The notes below the pieces were generated by a model, which worked only from the letters and a program-made list of their open reading frames with translations, was not told where the DNA came from and searched no databases. The position numbers and the translations under genes were made by a program. A stretch of DNA of 63,732 nt, counting the filler, from a bacterium (GTDB lineage: Bacteria > JAMOTN01): assembly GCA_027062325.1 (NCBI GenBank). It is 3 parts of 3 records of this genome, joined end to end, with 100 filler letters (N's around TTAATTAATTAA, not from the genome) between each part and the next. Parts side by side here need not be neighbours in the genome. Positions count along the whole stretch, not along the records: positions 27,103 to 39,417 come from JAMOTN010000056.1; positions 39,518 to 63,732 come from JAMOTN010000062.1; 1 more part is not named here. One strand, given 5' to 3'. Positions 38,419 to 47,230 of this stretch are shown here, one piece after another (the stretch's first letter is position 1; the number at the start of each line of letters is the position of its first letter).

Positions 38419-39417
38419 GTGAGAGCAAAGGTTGCTATAGTTGTGGTATCGATTTTGTTATCTATAGCTGGTTATTCAGTGGGGGTTTGGATTTTATCCA
38501 AGCCCCCTTATTCTGTTTTGGCAATTTTAGTTTTGTCTGCTCTTATAGGGTGGAGTACTAATAAACTTGTGGTATGGCTGATGTTTAGGCCTTATAAACC
38601 TCTACCAAGTGAGAATAGACCGATTTTATGGGGAGTTATTCCATCTAGGAAAAAACTGCTTGCTTCCAATATTGCTTTTGTTATAGCTAACAAGCTTTTT
38701 GGAAGAGAAGAGTTAATAAATATACTGAAAAAAGTGGACTTTGATGCAATATTTTCTCGGGTCAAACTTGATGAACTAAAAAAAAATGAGGTTGTTAATA
38801 CTTTTTCGAGAGATGTATTATCCACAGCTAGACAAATTGTTAAAAATTTGGATTTTTCTGAGATTGCTCAGAATTATCGTCATAGATTACTTGAGAGAGT
38901 TTATCAATTTCTTTCCTCTAAAGAGTTTACAGATTCGCTCTTTGAAAGGAGTTATGGGTTGTTGTTAGAGAATCAAGAGGCTTTTAGGAAGAAGATTTGG
39001 CAGCTTATTTATGAAAGAGTGACCCAAGTTGAGAAAGATCAGTTGGAAAGGTTAATTATTAAGATATTACGTTCTGAAAAGTTGAAAGAGCATTTGAGAG
39101 ACCTAGTTTGCTCTTCGTTTGATTGGGAGAATTTTGAGAAAGTGGCGGAGTTCCTCATGGAGTTTGAGGGGGAGTTTAAAAATTTATTCAAGAAAAGTTT
39201 GAAGAATCTGATGAAAAGGCTAGATTATACCTCTTTACGCGACAAAATAATGGATCGAGTTTTAGAAGATGGGATTCTTTCTGGAGTTATAAAAATTTTA
39301 GGAATGGAAGTTTGGAATATGTTTTCTATAGAAGATAAAATAAGGGATGCGTTAACTAATGATGAGTTTTTAGATAGTATAAGTGAGGAAATTTTAAAAT
39401 ATTTGAAAAAAAGGGAG
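38419..39417 (+). CDS. DUF445 family protein (3' truncated by the gap)
   Basis: LIGWSTNKLVVWLMFRPYKP...GVIPSRK. Confidence 0.85.
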
Positions 39418-39517
39418 NNNNNNNNNNNNNNNNNNNNNNNNNNNNNNNNNNNNNNNNNNNNTTAATTAATTAANNNNNNNNNNNNNNNNNNNNNNNNNNN
39501 NNNNNNNNNNNNNNNNN
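39418..39517. other. Artificial contig-join spacer
   Basis: N44-TTAATTAATTAA-N44. Confidence 0.97.
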
Positions 39518-40791
39518 GTTCTTGGAAATGGAATACACTCTCTTACATGATGAGTTCCAGTTATCCATGCAACGAATCTCTCTATACCAAGTCCAAATCC
39601 ACCATGAGGAAAACCACCGTACTCACGCAGTTCAACGTACCACCTCATGCTTTCTGGATCAAGACCCCATTCCCTAATCTTTTGGTTAAGTTTTTCTACA
39701 TCTCCTATTCTTTGACCGCCACCTATAATCTCACCATAACCTTCTGGAGCCAACATGTCTGAACACAAAACAACGTCTGGATTTTCAGGATCTGGCTCCA
39801 TATAAAATGCCTTACTTTTGGCTGGATATCTGTGAACAAATACAGGTTTTTCAAACTCTTCAGATATGGCAGCTTCTTCGTCAGCCCCAAAGTCTTCTCC
39901 CCACTCTATGTCAAAACCTTTCTTTTTAAGTAGCTCGACAGCTTCTGTGTAACTGAGCCTTTCAAAAGGAGGTTTGATTTTTTCCAGTTTTGATATATCT
40001 CTTTCTAAAAATTCCAGTTCAGCTTCACACTCTTTAAGCACTTGAGTAATTGCATAGCTTACCATTTCTTCTTGAACTCTCATGTTTTCCTCAAGAGTAA
40101 TAAATGCCATTTCTGGTTCAACCATCCAAAACTCTGTCAAGTGACGCCTTGTTTTAGATTTTTCAGCACGAAAGGCTGGACCAAAACAGTAAACTTTACC
40201 GAAAGCAGCAGCTGCTGCTTCCATATATAGCTGACCACTTTGTGAAAGATACGCTTTTTTGTCGAAATATTCTACTTCAAATAAAGTAGTGGTTCCCTCA
40301 CAAACACTTGGAGTAAATATTGGAGCGTCAACTCGCACGAATCCTTCATTGTGTAGCCAATCCTCAATTGCTTTCATGACTACACTTCTGACTTTTAAGA
40401 TTGCTCTTGGCCTTCTTGAACGTAGCCAGAGATGACGTCTATCGAGCAGATAATCAATGCCGTGATCTTTCTTTTGAAGAGGCCATTCTTTAGCGGGTTC
40501 GTGAAAGATCTTTATTTCATGCGCAAGTAACTCATATCCATTTATAGCTTTTGGATTTTTAACAACCTCTCCCACTACTTCAACACTTGTTTCATAAGCT
40601 ATCTTTTTATAGCGCTTGTAATCTTCTGGAAATTTGGACTTTTCTATAACAATTTGGCAATCTCTTGTGCCATCTCTGAATATCCAGAATGAAACTTTTC
40701 CACTTGAACGACGATTGTAAACCCAACCTTTCACCTTTACCACTTTTCCAACGTGGCTTGGAAAATCACGTACGGAAACGGTTGAAACCAT
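39518..40791 (-). CDS. asnS: Asparaginyl-tRNA synthetase (last codons lost in the gap)
   Basis: YLSQSGQLY, FRAEKSKTRRHLTEFWMVEPE, GEIIGG and PHGGFGLGIER. Confidence 0.95.
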
Positions 40792-40803
40792 CCTATTCCC
40801 TCC

Positions 40804-41394
40804 TTATTTAAACCTTTCCTTTACAAGCTTTATGCCTTCCTCAACAGCTTTTAAATTTATTTCTTCTGTACCCTCAGGCGCTTTTCTTTCGACAGCTTTT
40901 TTGAGAGCTTCTTCAGACATGATACCGGTAAGAGCAGATATTATTCCAAGTGCCACCATGTTGGCTGTAACCATTTTGCCAACCACATCTCTTGCTGTAC
41001 GAGTTATATCAAACCCAAATGAACGGGAGACCGGAAGTGTTTTGGGATGCACGTAAAACTCATCGTATATTAGAACACCCTCAGGTTTAAGAACGTGCTT
41101 GTATTTTGTTAAAGCTTCCTCAGTCATTACGAGGAGAAGATCGACTTTTGTGGCTTTGGGATAGTATATCTCCCCTTCAGAGATTACAACGTCTGCTCTG
41201 GTTGCACCACCACGTGCTTCGGGGCCATAAGCTTGAGTTTGAGCAACGTTTTTTCCTTCGAATAAGCCTACAGCCTCTGCCATTATAACACTTGCCAGAA
41301 TTAGCCCTTGTCCACCTGCTCCACTCAAGCGAACTTCAATCCTACTTTTATTTTTGAAAAGGTTTCTTATATCTTCAAGCTTGAAGTCAGCCAT
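40804..41394 (-). CDS. korC: 2-oxoacid:ferredoxin oxidoreductase gamma subunit
   Basis: GAGGQG, YGPEARGG and NMVALG. Confidence 0.92.
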   Translation of the reverse strand: MADFKLEDIRNLFKNKSRIEVRLSGAGGQGLILASVIMAEAVGLFEGKNVAQTQAYGPEARGGATRADVVISEGEIYYPKATKVDLLLVMTEEALTKYKHVLKPEGVLIYDEFYVHPKTLPVSRSFGFDITRTARDVVGKMVTANMVALGIISALTGIMSEEALKKAVERKAPEGTEEINLKAVEEGIKLVKERFK

Positions 41395-41439
41395 TTTATT
41401 TCCCTCCTTTAGAAGTGAATGTGGATGAATTTGCATTTA

Positions 41440-42348
41440 CTACACATGCCAGCCTTCCTTCGCTTTTATCTCTAACTTTATTTTCATAGCTTCGATATCT
41501 TCAGAAAAATCACGACGTTTTTTGTTGAGGTTCGGCTTTATTATGTGCTCGTAATAAGCTTCGCAGTATTCTGGGATGTCCTTTTTGTTTACAAAAACAC
41601 CATAAGGAATCTTGCCAGCACGTTTATCTTCTGGAAGTTTTTCCCATGCATTCAAAGGAATCATGTTATCCTTTAACCATTTGTACATCTCGACTGGTGT
41701 TTTAAACCTGTTTCTACGTCCATGGGTAGTCCAGCAAGGAGACATTATCTCTACCACGCTCATCCCTTTATGGGCAAAGGCTTCTTTTATAATCTTATCC
41801 AGGTGAGTTACGTGATAAACACTTGAGCGAGCCACGTAAGTTGCCCCTGCTGCTGCAGCTAGTTTGGATATGTCAAAGCTTCTTTCAATATGTCCATAAG
41901 GTGATGTGGTGGTTTTTTCCCCAGATTTTGTTGTTGGTGAGTACTGTCCACCAGTCATACCGTATATCTTGTTATTTATCACAATCAATGTAATATCTAT
42001 GTTTCTGCGACATGCATGTATAAAGTGATTTCCTCCAATTGCTGCAGTATCTCCATCTCCAGCCACTACCACAACATTGAGATCAGGCTTTGCAAACTTT
42101 ACGCCGGTTGCAAATGCTATTGGACGTCCGTGAGTGGTATGAAGTGCATCAAAATCTACATAAAAAGGAATACGAGAAGAGCAACCAATACCACCCACAA
42201 ATACTGTGTTATCACCAGTCATATTTAAGTCTTCTAAAGCTTTAAAAATTGATCCTAAAATTATTCCTATTCCGCAACCAGAACACCATATTGTTGGCAT
42301 CTTAAAATTTTTTCTCAAGTATTTATGTGCTGTACGGTCAAAAGCCAT
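41440..42348 (-). CDS. korB: 2-oxoacid:ferredoxin oxidoreductase beta subunit
   Basis: WCSGCG, GIGCSSR, HGR, GDGD...NN TPP motif and YGMTGGQYSPT. Confidence 0.94.
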   Translation of the reverse strand: MAFDRTAHKYLRKNFKMPTIWCSGCGIGIILGSIFKALEDLNMTGDNTVFVGGIGCSSRIPFYVDFDALHTTHGRPIAFATGVKFAKPDLNVVVVAGDGDTAAIGGNHFIHACRRNIDITLIVINNKIYGMTGGQYSPTTKSGEKTTTSPYGHIERSFDISKLAAAAGATYVARSSVYHVTHLDKIIKEAFAHKGMSVVEIMSPCWTTHGRRNRFKTPVEMYKWLKDNMIPLNAWEKLPEDKRAGKIPYGVFVNKKDIPEYCEAYYEHIIKPNLNKKRRDFSEDIEAMKIKLEIKAKEGWHV

Positions 42349-42399
42349 TTTTTCTCCCTCCTTCACGATTACAGATCGATTATGGATAAGTTTTAAAGT

Positions 42400-43539
42400 T
42401 TATACTCCTTTTATAAAGTCTCTAATCTCAAATGGATGCAACAGCTCCCCATCCCATCTACCTTTGAAGAAGACAGGAACGTTTAAGCCTTTTGTGGCTC
42501 TTTCCACTTCTCCCACAAGTTCGCCATAGTTGAGTTCACACACCAAAACGGCCTTTTTACCATTTGCAAGCTCTCTGACTATTTTTGCGGGGAATGGCCA
42601 AACTGTAAGAATTCTCAAAAGCCCCACCTTTTTACCTTCTTTTCTTGTTAATAAAACTGCTTCTTTTGCAGCTCTGGCAGCGGAACCATAAGCGATCAAA
42701 AGGTATTCAGCGTCTTCAGTCATAAACTCTTCGTAACGCCATATTTTTTCTTCGTGTGCATAAATTTTTTTGTGAAGCCTCTTAACAAGTTTTGTTATTT
42801 CGTTATCATCTGATGTAGGAAAGCCCATCTCGTCATGGAAAAGACCTGTAGTCAAGAAACGATAACCTTCTCCAAATATTGCCATAGGAGGGATGTAATC
42901 CTCAGTATGCTTGTAAGGTTTATAAAACTCTGGAGGTTCTGATGGTTTTTTACGATTCACGACTTTGATTTCTTCCGGCATAGGTAGCACAACACGTTCT
43001 CTCATGTGTCCGATAACCTCATCTAATAAAAGTACAACAGGGGTCCTATATTCCTCTGCAAAGTTTACAGCCATAACGGTAGCATCATAGACTTCTCGCA
43101 CTGTGTGCGGGGCAAGTGCAATTATTGGGTAATTACCGTGACTTCCCCATTTAGCCTGCATAACATCCCCTTGAGATGCTTTAGTAGGAAGACCAGTTGA
43201 GGGTCCACCACGCTGCACGTTGACTACTACACATGGAGCTTCCACCATTGCGGCAAAGCCCAAATTTTCTTGCATGAGAGAAAAGCCGGGCCCGCTTGTT
43301 GCTGTCATAGGTTTTAGACCTGCAAATGATGCTCCAACAAGAGCTGCCATACTACCAAGCTCGTCCTCCATTTGAATAAAGCGACCACCAACTTTTGGAA
43401 GCTCGGCGGCCAACATCTCAGCAATTTCTGTGGAGGGCGTTATGGGATATCCAGCGAAAAATCTCACCCCTGCATCTATCGCTGCTACTGCGCAAGCCTC
43501 GTTTCCCTGAATTATTCCAACTCTTTTGAATTCAGACAT
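42400..43539 (-). CDS. korA: 2-oxoacid:ferredoxin oxidoreductase alpha subunit
   Basis: AGYPITPSTE, QMEDE, TATSGPGFSLM and QRGGPSTGLPT. Confidence 0.95.
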   Translation of the reverse strand: MSEFKRVGIIQGNEACAVAAIDAGVRFFAGYPITPSTEIAEMLAAELPKVGGRFIQMEDELGSMAALVGASFAGLKPMTATSGPGFSLMQENLGFAAMVEAPCVVVNVQRGGPSTGLPTKASQGDVMQAKWGSHGNYPIIALAPHTVREVYDATVMAVNFAEEYRTPVVLLLDEVIGHMRERVVLPMPEEIKVVNRKKPSEPPEFYKPYKHTEDYIPPMAIFGEGYRFLTTGLFHDEMGFPTSDDNEITKLVKRLHKKIYAHEEKIWRYEEFMTEDAEYLLIAYGSAARAAKEAVLLTRKEGKKVGLLRILTVWPFPAKIVRELANGKKAVLVCELNYGELVGEVERATKGLNVPVFFKGRWDGELLHPFEIRDFIKGV

Positions 43540-43583
43540 TATTTGTCGCCTCCTTTTCGAGGGTTTGGGTTAGAAAAATTACT

Positions 43584-43811
43584 TTATTTACCATCATCAA
43601 CTATTATTGCAAAGTCTGGACATCTCAGTTGACAAAGTTTACACTTTATGCAGTCTTGAGGTCTTACAACTGCACATTTGTTTTGATCATCAATTTCTAA
43701 AACATTTTTTGGACAAAACTCAACGCAAATTCCACACCCTTTACACCAAGCGCGATAAACATACACCGGTGAGGTGTAGCCTTCGAGTTCTTTTTCAGTT
43801 GGTCCTCTCAC
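43584..43811 (-). CDS. korD: 2[4Fe-4S] ferredoxin-like delta subunit
   Basis: CKGCGICVEFCP and CIKCKLCQLRCPDFAI. Confidence 0.92.
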   Translation of the reverse strand: MRGPTEKELEGYTSPVYVYRAWCKGCGICVEFCPKNVLEIDDQNKCAVVRPQDCIKCKLCQLRCPDFAIIVDDGK

Positions 43812-44848
43812 CTTAAAATACCCCCCTTTTTAAATAGAGTAAGAATTCGATTTTCAAGTGCAGTAGAGAGTTCCTTGAGGAAAAAAGAGTGCTCCTCAAA
43901 AGTTAGAAAGTCTCTATTTAGCAGCTTTTTTATCTCTGAATTTTCAAGTTCAAAATTGTCTATTAGCCAATTCATGACTCCAAGCCAACTAGGATGGATT
44001 AAAAATTTTTCATATGGTTTAGCAATACTTGTTACGCTAAAGGGGACGAGTTCAATTACTTTTGCTCCTTCTAAAAATTTGCTGTCTTGGTTGTTGAGAT
44101 GGAATCCGGGATGTGCTGAAATTACAACTTCTGCTCTATTACGCAGCACTTCATTCCAACTCATTTTGTTAAGTGGAGTGAAATCTGCAGATAGAATGTT
44201 TTCCATTGTGGAAGAAGCAAGCTTTTTTAATTCTCCTGCCTTCATTTCTTCTATAAATCCATATTTGTCCACTATGAATCCTTTGATAATTACTTCGTCG
44301 GGAATAGAATTAAGCAGTGATGGTGATAAACCTATAATTGTCACCTCTTTTGGAGCGACTGACTGAGCGAAAATTTTGTTCAAAGTGTTTCTATAAAACG
44401 AGGAGAAATCTATGACATTGCATTGAGACTTCAAATTTTCAAGGATCAACTTCAGTTGAGGATGAGTTGTGATTATAAGATTTGATTCTTTGAGTATACC
44501 GCTTGCAGATAGCATAAACTGTGTTAAAGATGTATCATCCATCATTCCTGGTTCTGCAAGAAAGATTTGAGTTGAAGATGAATATGGAAGGTTCAAGTAA
44601 GCCAGGACGGCTGAAAGTACAAAGGATGATGCAAAGATGAGATCCTCATCTGCAAAGCGAGAAAATATTACGAGGGAAATTGTGTCAGAGTACACGTCTT
44701 CTATACACCCAACTTCAAATTTTATGGGGGTAATATTTTGAGGACTGCCCAGAAATAGACAGCAACTTTCGTATCTTCTAAGGTAAAGAAAAAGTTCAGG
44801 ATATTTAACAAAAGAGAGAATTTTGTCTTGTTTTAAAATCTGAGCCAT
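43808..44848 (-). CDS. Degenerate Glu/Leu/Phe/Val dehydrogenase-like protein (probably inactive)
   Basis: LNLPYSSST in place of NLPYGGGK. C-terminal NEVLRNRAEVVISA...AKVIELVPFSVT resembles the GDH NAD-binding domain. 4-bp overlap with korD. Confidence 0.6.
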   Translation of the reverse strand: MAQILKQDKILSFVKYPELFLYLRRYESCCLFLGSPQNITPIKFEVGCIEDVYSDTISLVIFSRFADEDLIFASSFVLSAVLAYLNLPYSSSTQIFLAEPGMMDDTSLTQFMLSASGILKESNLIITTHPQLKLILENLKSQCNVIDFSSFYRNTLNKIFAQSVAPKEVTIIGLSPSLLNSIPDEVIIKGFIVDKYGFIEEMKAGELKKLASSTMENILSADFTPLNKMSWNEVLRNRAEVVISAHPGFHLNNQDSKFLEGAKVIELVPFSVTSIAKPYEKFLIHPSWLGVMNWLIDNFELENSEIKKLLNRDFLTFEEHSFFLKELSTALENRILTLFKKGGILR

Positions 44849-44887
44849 CAAAGGCGCCTCTCAAACTTTGGTTTTAATTCGCAAGTG

Positions 44888-44916
44888 ATTATACAAGAAA
44901 GTTAAGGTGATTACAA
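44888..44916 (-). promoter_or_regulatory. Sigma70-type promoter for the gdh-like/korDABC operon
   Basis: Minus strand TTGTAA-17 nt-TATAAT. Confidence 0.6.
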
Positions 44917-44973
44917 GGATAAATGTGGATTGAAATTTGAAGGTTGGGGTGCTTTAAAAGGAAGTTTTTCAAG

Positions 44974-45993
44974 TTATTTGTAGTATTGTTCAGGGATTAT
45001 TAAATGCTCTTTCAAAAACTCCAATTCGCTTTTTAGCTCTGTTTCTGTCGGAGGGTAGTAGTAGTTGTATCTGAATGATTTTACAGCTTCATTGTAATAT
45101 GGGCGATTGCACCATTTGCAGCCCCGCGTCTGTATAGCGCGGTGGACTATTTCAGTGGTTGTTTCAATTTTTTGTATGTAACCTGATTTGAATTGGATTG
45201 AATGTGGAATTGAGTATTGAATCTGATAAGTTGCGATTTGAATTAGACGCCATTTAAGGGGGTTGGGTTGTTGCTTGGGGAGTGATGGATGGTTGACAAC
45301 GGGTGTATATGCGAATATACCTACTTTTATGCCTTTGCTGACTAGCTTTCGAAATAAATCTAGGAATTCAATATCTGACTCTCCTAAACCATATATTAAG
45401 TGCGTTGTAACTTTTCCGGGAAATGATTTTGCAATTTTCATAAGTTCTGAGTAAAGCTGCTTCCAGCCTGTTCTAAATCTGGGCTTTACTTCGTCCAGAG
45501 CTATACATATTCTTTCAACTCCATTGGTGAGCAAAGTGGCGGCTTGGTTGTAGTTCAGGCGTGCACACACTGAGATGAGGGGAGGAGTAAGGTCCAGTTT
45601 TAAATAGTAATTGTGGATTTTAAAGATTAATTTTATGACAGAATTTTCAAATCCTCCAGCTACTTGAAAGCATATACGTTTAAATCCTGCTTGGGATAGC
45701 AATTCCAGCCAATTATCAGGAGCTTTAAACCATCCAACTCTTGAGACACGCTGGGTTGTAGTAGTGTTTAAGTCAGAATTTTGTGAACAATATGTGCACT
45801 TGAATGGACAGTTTTTACCGACTAGTATGTAAGCGGTTGTTGCATAATTGATAAGGTGTGCTAGAGATGATTTTGAGTGAGTTTGATATTTAAAAGCTAG
45901 ATTGGTGTTTATACGTTTTTTAAAAGTCGCTACTTTGTAAGTTAGTTCAGATAAGTATATGTCGAGTTTTTTCTCTGATAAAGATATACCCAT
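44974..45993 (-). CDS. Biotin synthase-related radical SAM protein (LipS2-like)
   Basis: CPFKCTYC, SRVGW, HLIYGLGE, FAYTP and C-terminal TRGCKWCNRPYYNE. Confidence 0.8.
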   Translation of the reverse strand: MGISLSEKKLDIYLSELTYKVATFKKRINTNLAFKYQTHSKSSLAHLINYATTAYILVGKNCPFKCTYCSQNSDLNTTTTQRVSRVGWFKAPDNWLELLSQAGFKRICFQVAGGFENSVIKLIFKIHNYYLKLDLTPPLISVCARLNYNQAATLLTNGVERICIALDEVKPRFRTGWKQLYSELMKIAKSFPGKVTTHLIYGLGESDIEFLDLFRKLVSKGIKVGIFAYTPVVNHPSLPKQQPNPLKWRLIQIATYQIQYSIPHSIQFKSGYIQKIETTTEIVHRAIQTRGCKWCNRPYYNEAVKSFRYNYYYPPTETELKSELEFLKEHLIIPEQYYK

Positions 45994-46080
45994 TTAAGTC
46001 TTCCCCTTCCACCTTAATTTTTCTCATTTGATTTTAGCAGATTTGATAAGAATTTGGGTGCGTTTAAAAAAGATTAAATC

Positions 46081-46109
46081 TTGACAAGAGTAAACGAGTA
46101 TATTAAAAT
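46081..46109 (+). promoter_or_regulatory. Sigma70-type promoter for the DUF5320-PadR-NifX-ATPase operon
   Basis: TTGACA-17 nt-TAAAAT. Confidence 0.7.
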
Positions 46110-46157
46110 TGCATATAGAAAAGAAAGATATATACAAAACAAAAGGGGGTGGCTGCG

Positions 46158-46412
46158 ATGCCGGGTTTTGACGGAACTGGTCCGCTTGGTGAAGGACCAA
46201 TGACTGGAAGAGGAATGGGAAGATGTGGAACAGGAGCTCGTGGAGGTTGGAATTGGTTTGGAAGAGGAACAGGCTTTGGACGTGGTTGGGGGCGTGGATT
46301 TGGTTTTGGAAGAGGAGCAGGCTTTGGACGCGGTTGGGGACGAGGATTTGGTTTTGGAAGAGGAGCAGGCTTTGGACGTGGAGCAGGACGAGGTTGGTTT
46401 GGCTGGTGGTAG
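46158..46412 (+). CDS. DUF5320 family Gly/Arg-rich protein
   Basis: MPGFDGTGPLGEGPMTGRGMGRCG signature. Confidence 0.88.
   Translation: MPGFDGTGPLGEGPMTGRGMGRCGTGARGGWNWFGRGTGFGRGWGRGFGFGRGAGFGRGWGRGFGFGRGAGFGRGAGRGWFGWW
46257..46400 (+). repeat. Three tandem 48-bp coding repeats (FGRGxGFGRGWGRGFG)
   Basis: TTTGGAAGAGG starts at 46257, 46305 and 46353. Confidence 0.9.
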
Positions 46413-46455
46413 CATTTACCACGTCTTTACTAGGCGATGAATGAGGTGAGGGGAA

Positions 46456-46836
46456 GTGTTCGGACGTTGGCAGAGAGGAGGCATGATGCGAAGAGGTGAT
46501 AGGCTTGGTCGTTTTGGGATAGGTTTTTTAATGAAAGTGGCTATCTTAAGGATGTTGGAGAAGGAGCCGTTGCATGGTTATGACATAGCTCGACGTTTGG
46601 AAGAATTGTCACCGGTTTTCAACTTCCCCTCGCCTGCTTACTTTGGTTCGTTATACCGTGTGCTCATGGATATGGAAGTTAAAGGTTTTATTATCGAAGA
46701 TAAAGATGCTGTGGTGGAGGATGAAAGGCGCAGAGTTTTCATGATAACTGAGGATGGTAGGGCATGGTTGAAAACAGCTTTGGAAAGTTTGCAAACTTAC
46801 AAAGAGTTGATAGATAACTTGGTAGGAGGTGTTTAA
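46456..46836 (+). CDS. PadR family transcriptional regulator
   Basis: PLHGYDI, GSLYRVL and RRRVFMITEDG. Confidence 0.92.
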   Translation: MFGRWQRGGMMRRGDRLGRFGIGFLMKVAILRMLEKEPLHGYDIARRLEELSPVFNFPSPAYFGSLYRVLMDMEVKGFIIEDKDAVVEDERRRVFMITEDGRAWLKTALESLQTYKELIDNLVGGV

Positions 46837-46837
46837 A

Positions 46838-47167
46838 ATGAAAGTAGCAATACCTGTTATGGGGACTGCAGAAGATAGTTTGGTTGAGACAAGGTTTGCA
46901 AGGGCAAGTACTTTTGCAATAGTTGATGTTGACTCTGGGAGTGTGGAATTTGTTCAAAATCCAGCTGCCTCTGCTGCTGGAGGAGCAGGGCCGAAGGCTG
47001 TTCAATTTTTAGTAGATCAAGGAGTAGAAGCGGTAGTTGCAGGTCAGATTGGTCCAAACGCTCAAAATGCTTTAAGGAGCGCTGGAATCAAAGCTTATCA
47101 AGCTGTAGGAGGGACTTTGAAGGAAGTTATAGAAAAATTTAAGGCTGGTGAATTGAGAGAGATATAA
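46838..47167 (+). CDS. NifB/NifX family (dinitrogenase FeMo-cofactor-binding-like) protein
   Basis: MKVAIP, RFARA, GGAG and IGPNA. Confidence 0.9.
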   Translation: MKVAIPVMGTAEDSLVETRFARASTFAIVDVDSGSVEFVQNPAASAAGGAGPKAVQFLVDQGVEAVVAGQIGPNAQNALRSAGIKAYQAVGGTLKEVIEKFKAGELREI

Positions 47168-47230
47168 GAGATGTGGTAGCTGCTTGAAAATTACTTTTTA
47201 TTGGTGGAAGTTGTAGGAGGGTATGAGGTT

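Noticed and set aside
46024-46444. Overlapping ORFs in several frames and a CRISPR-like look of the 48-bp repeats
   Set aside because: The repeats are contiguous without unique spacers and encode the DUF5320 Gly/Arg tract. The other frames are open only because of the repeat.
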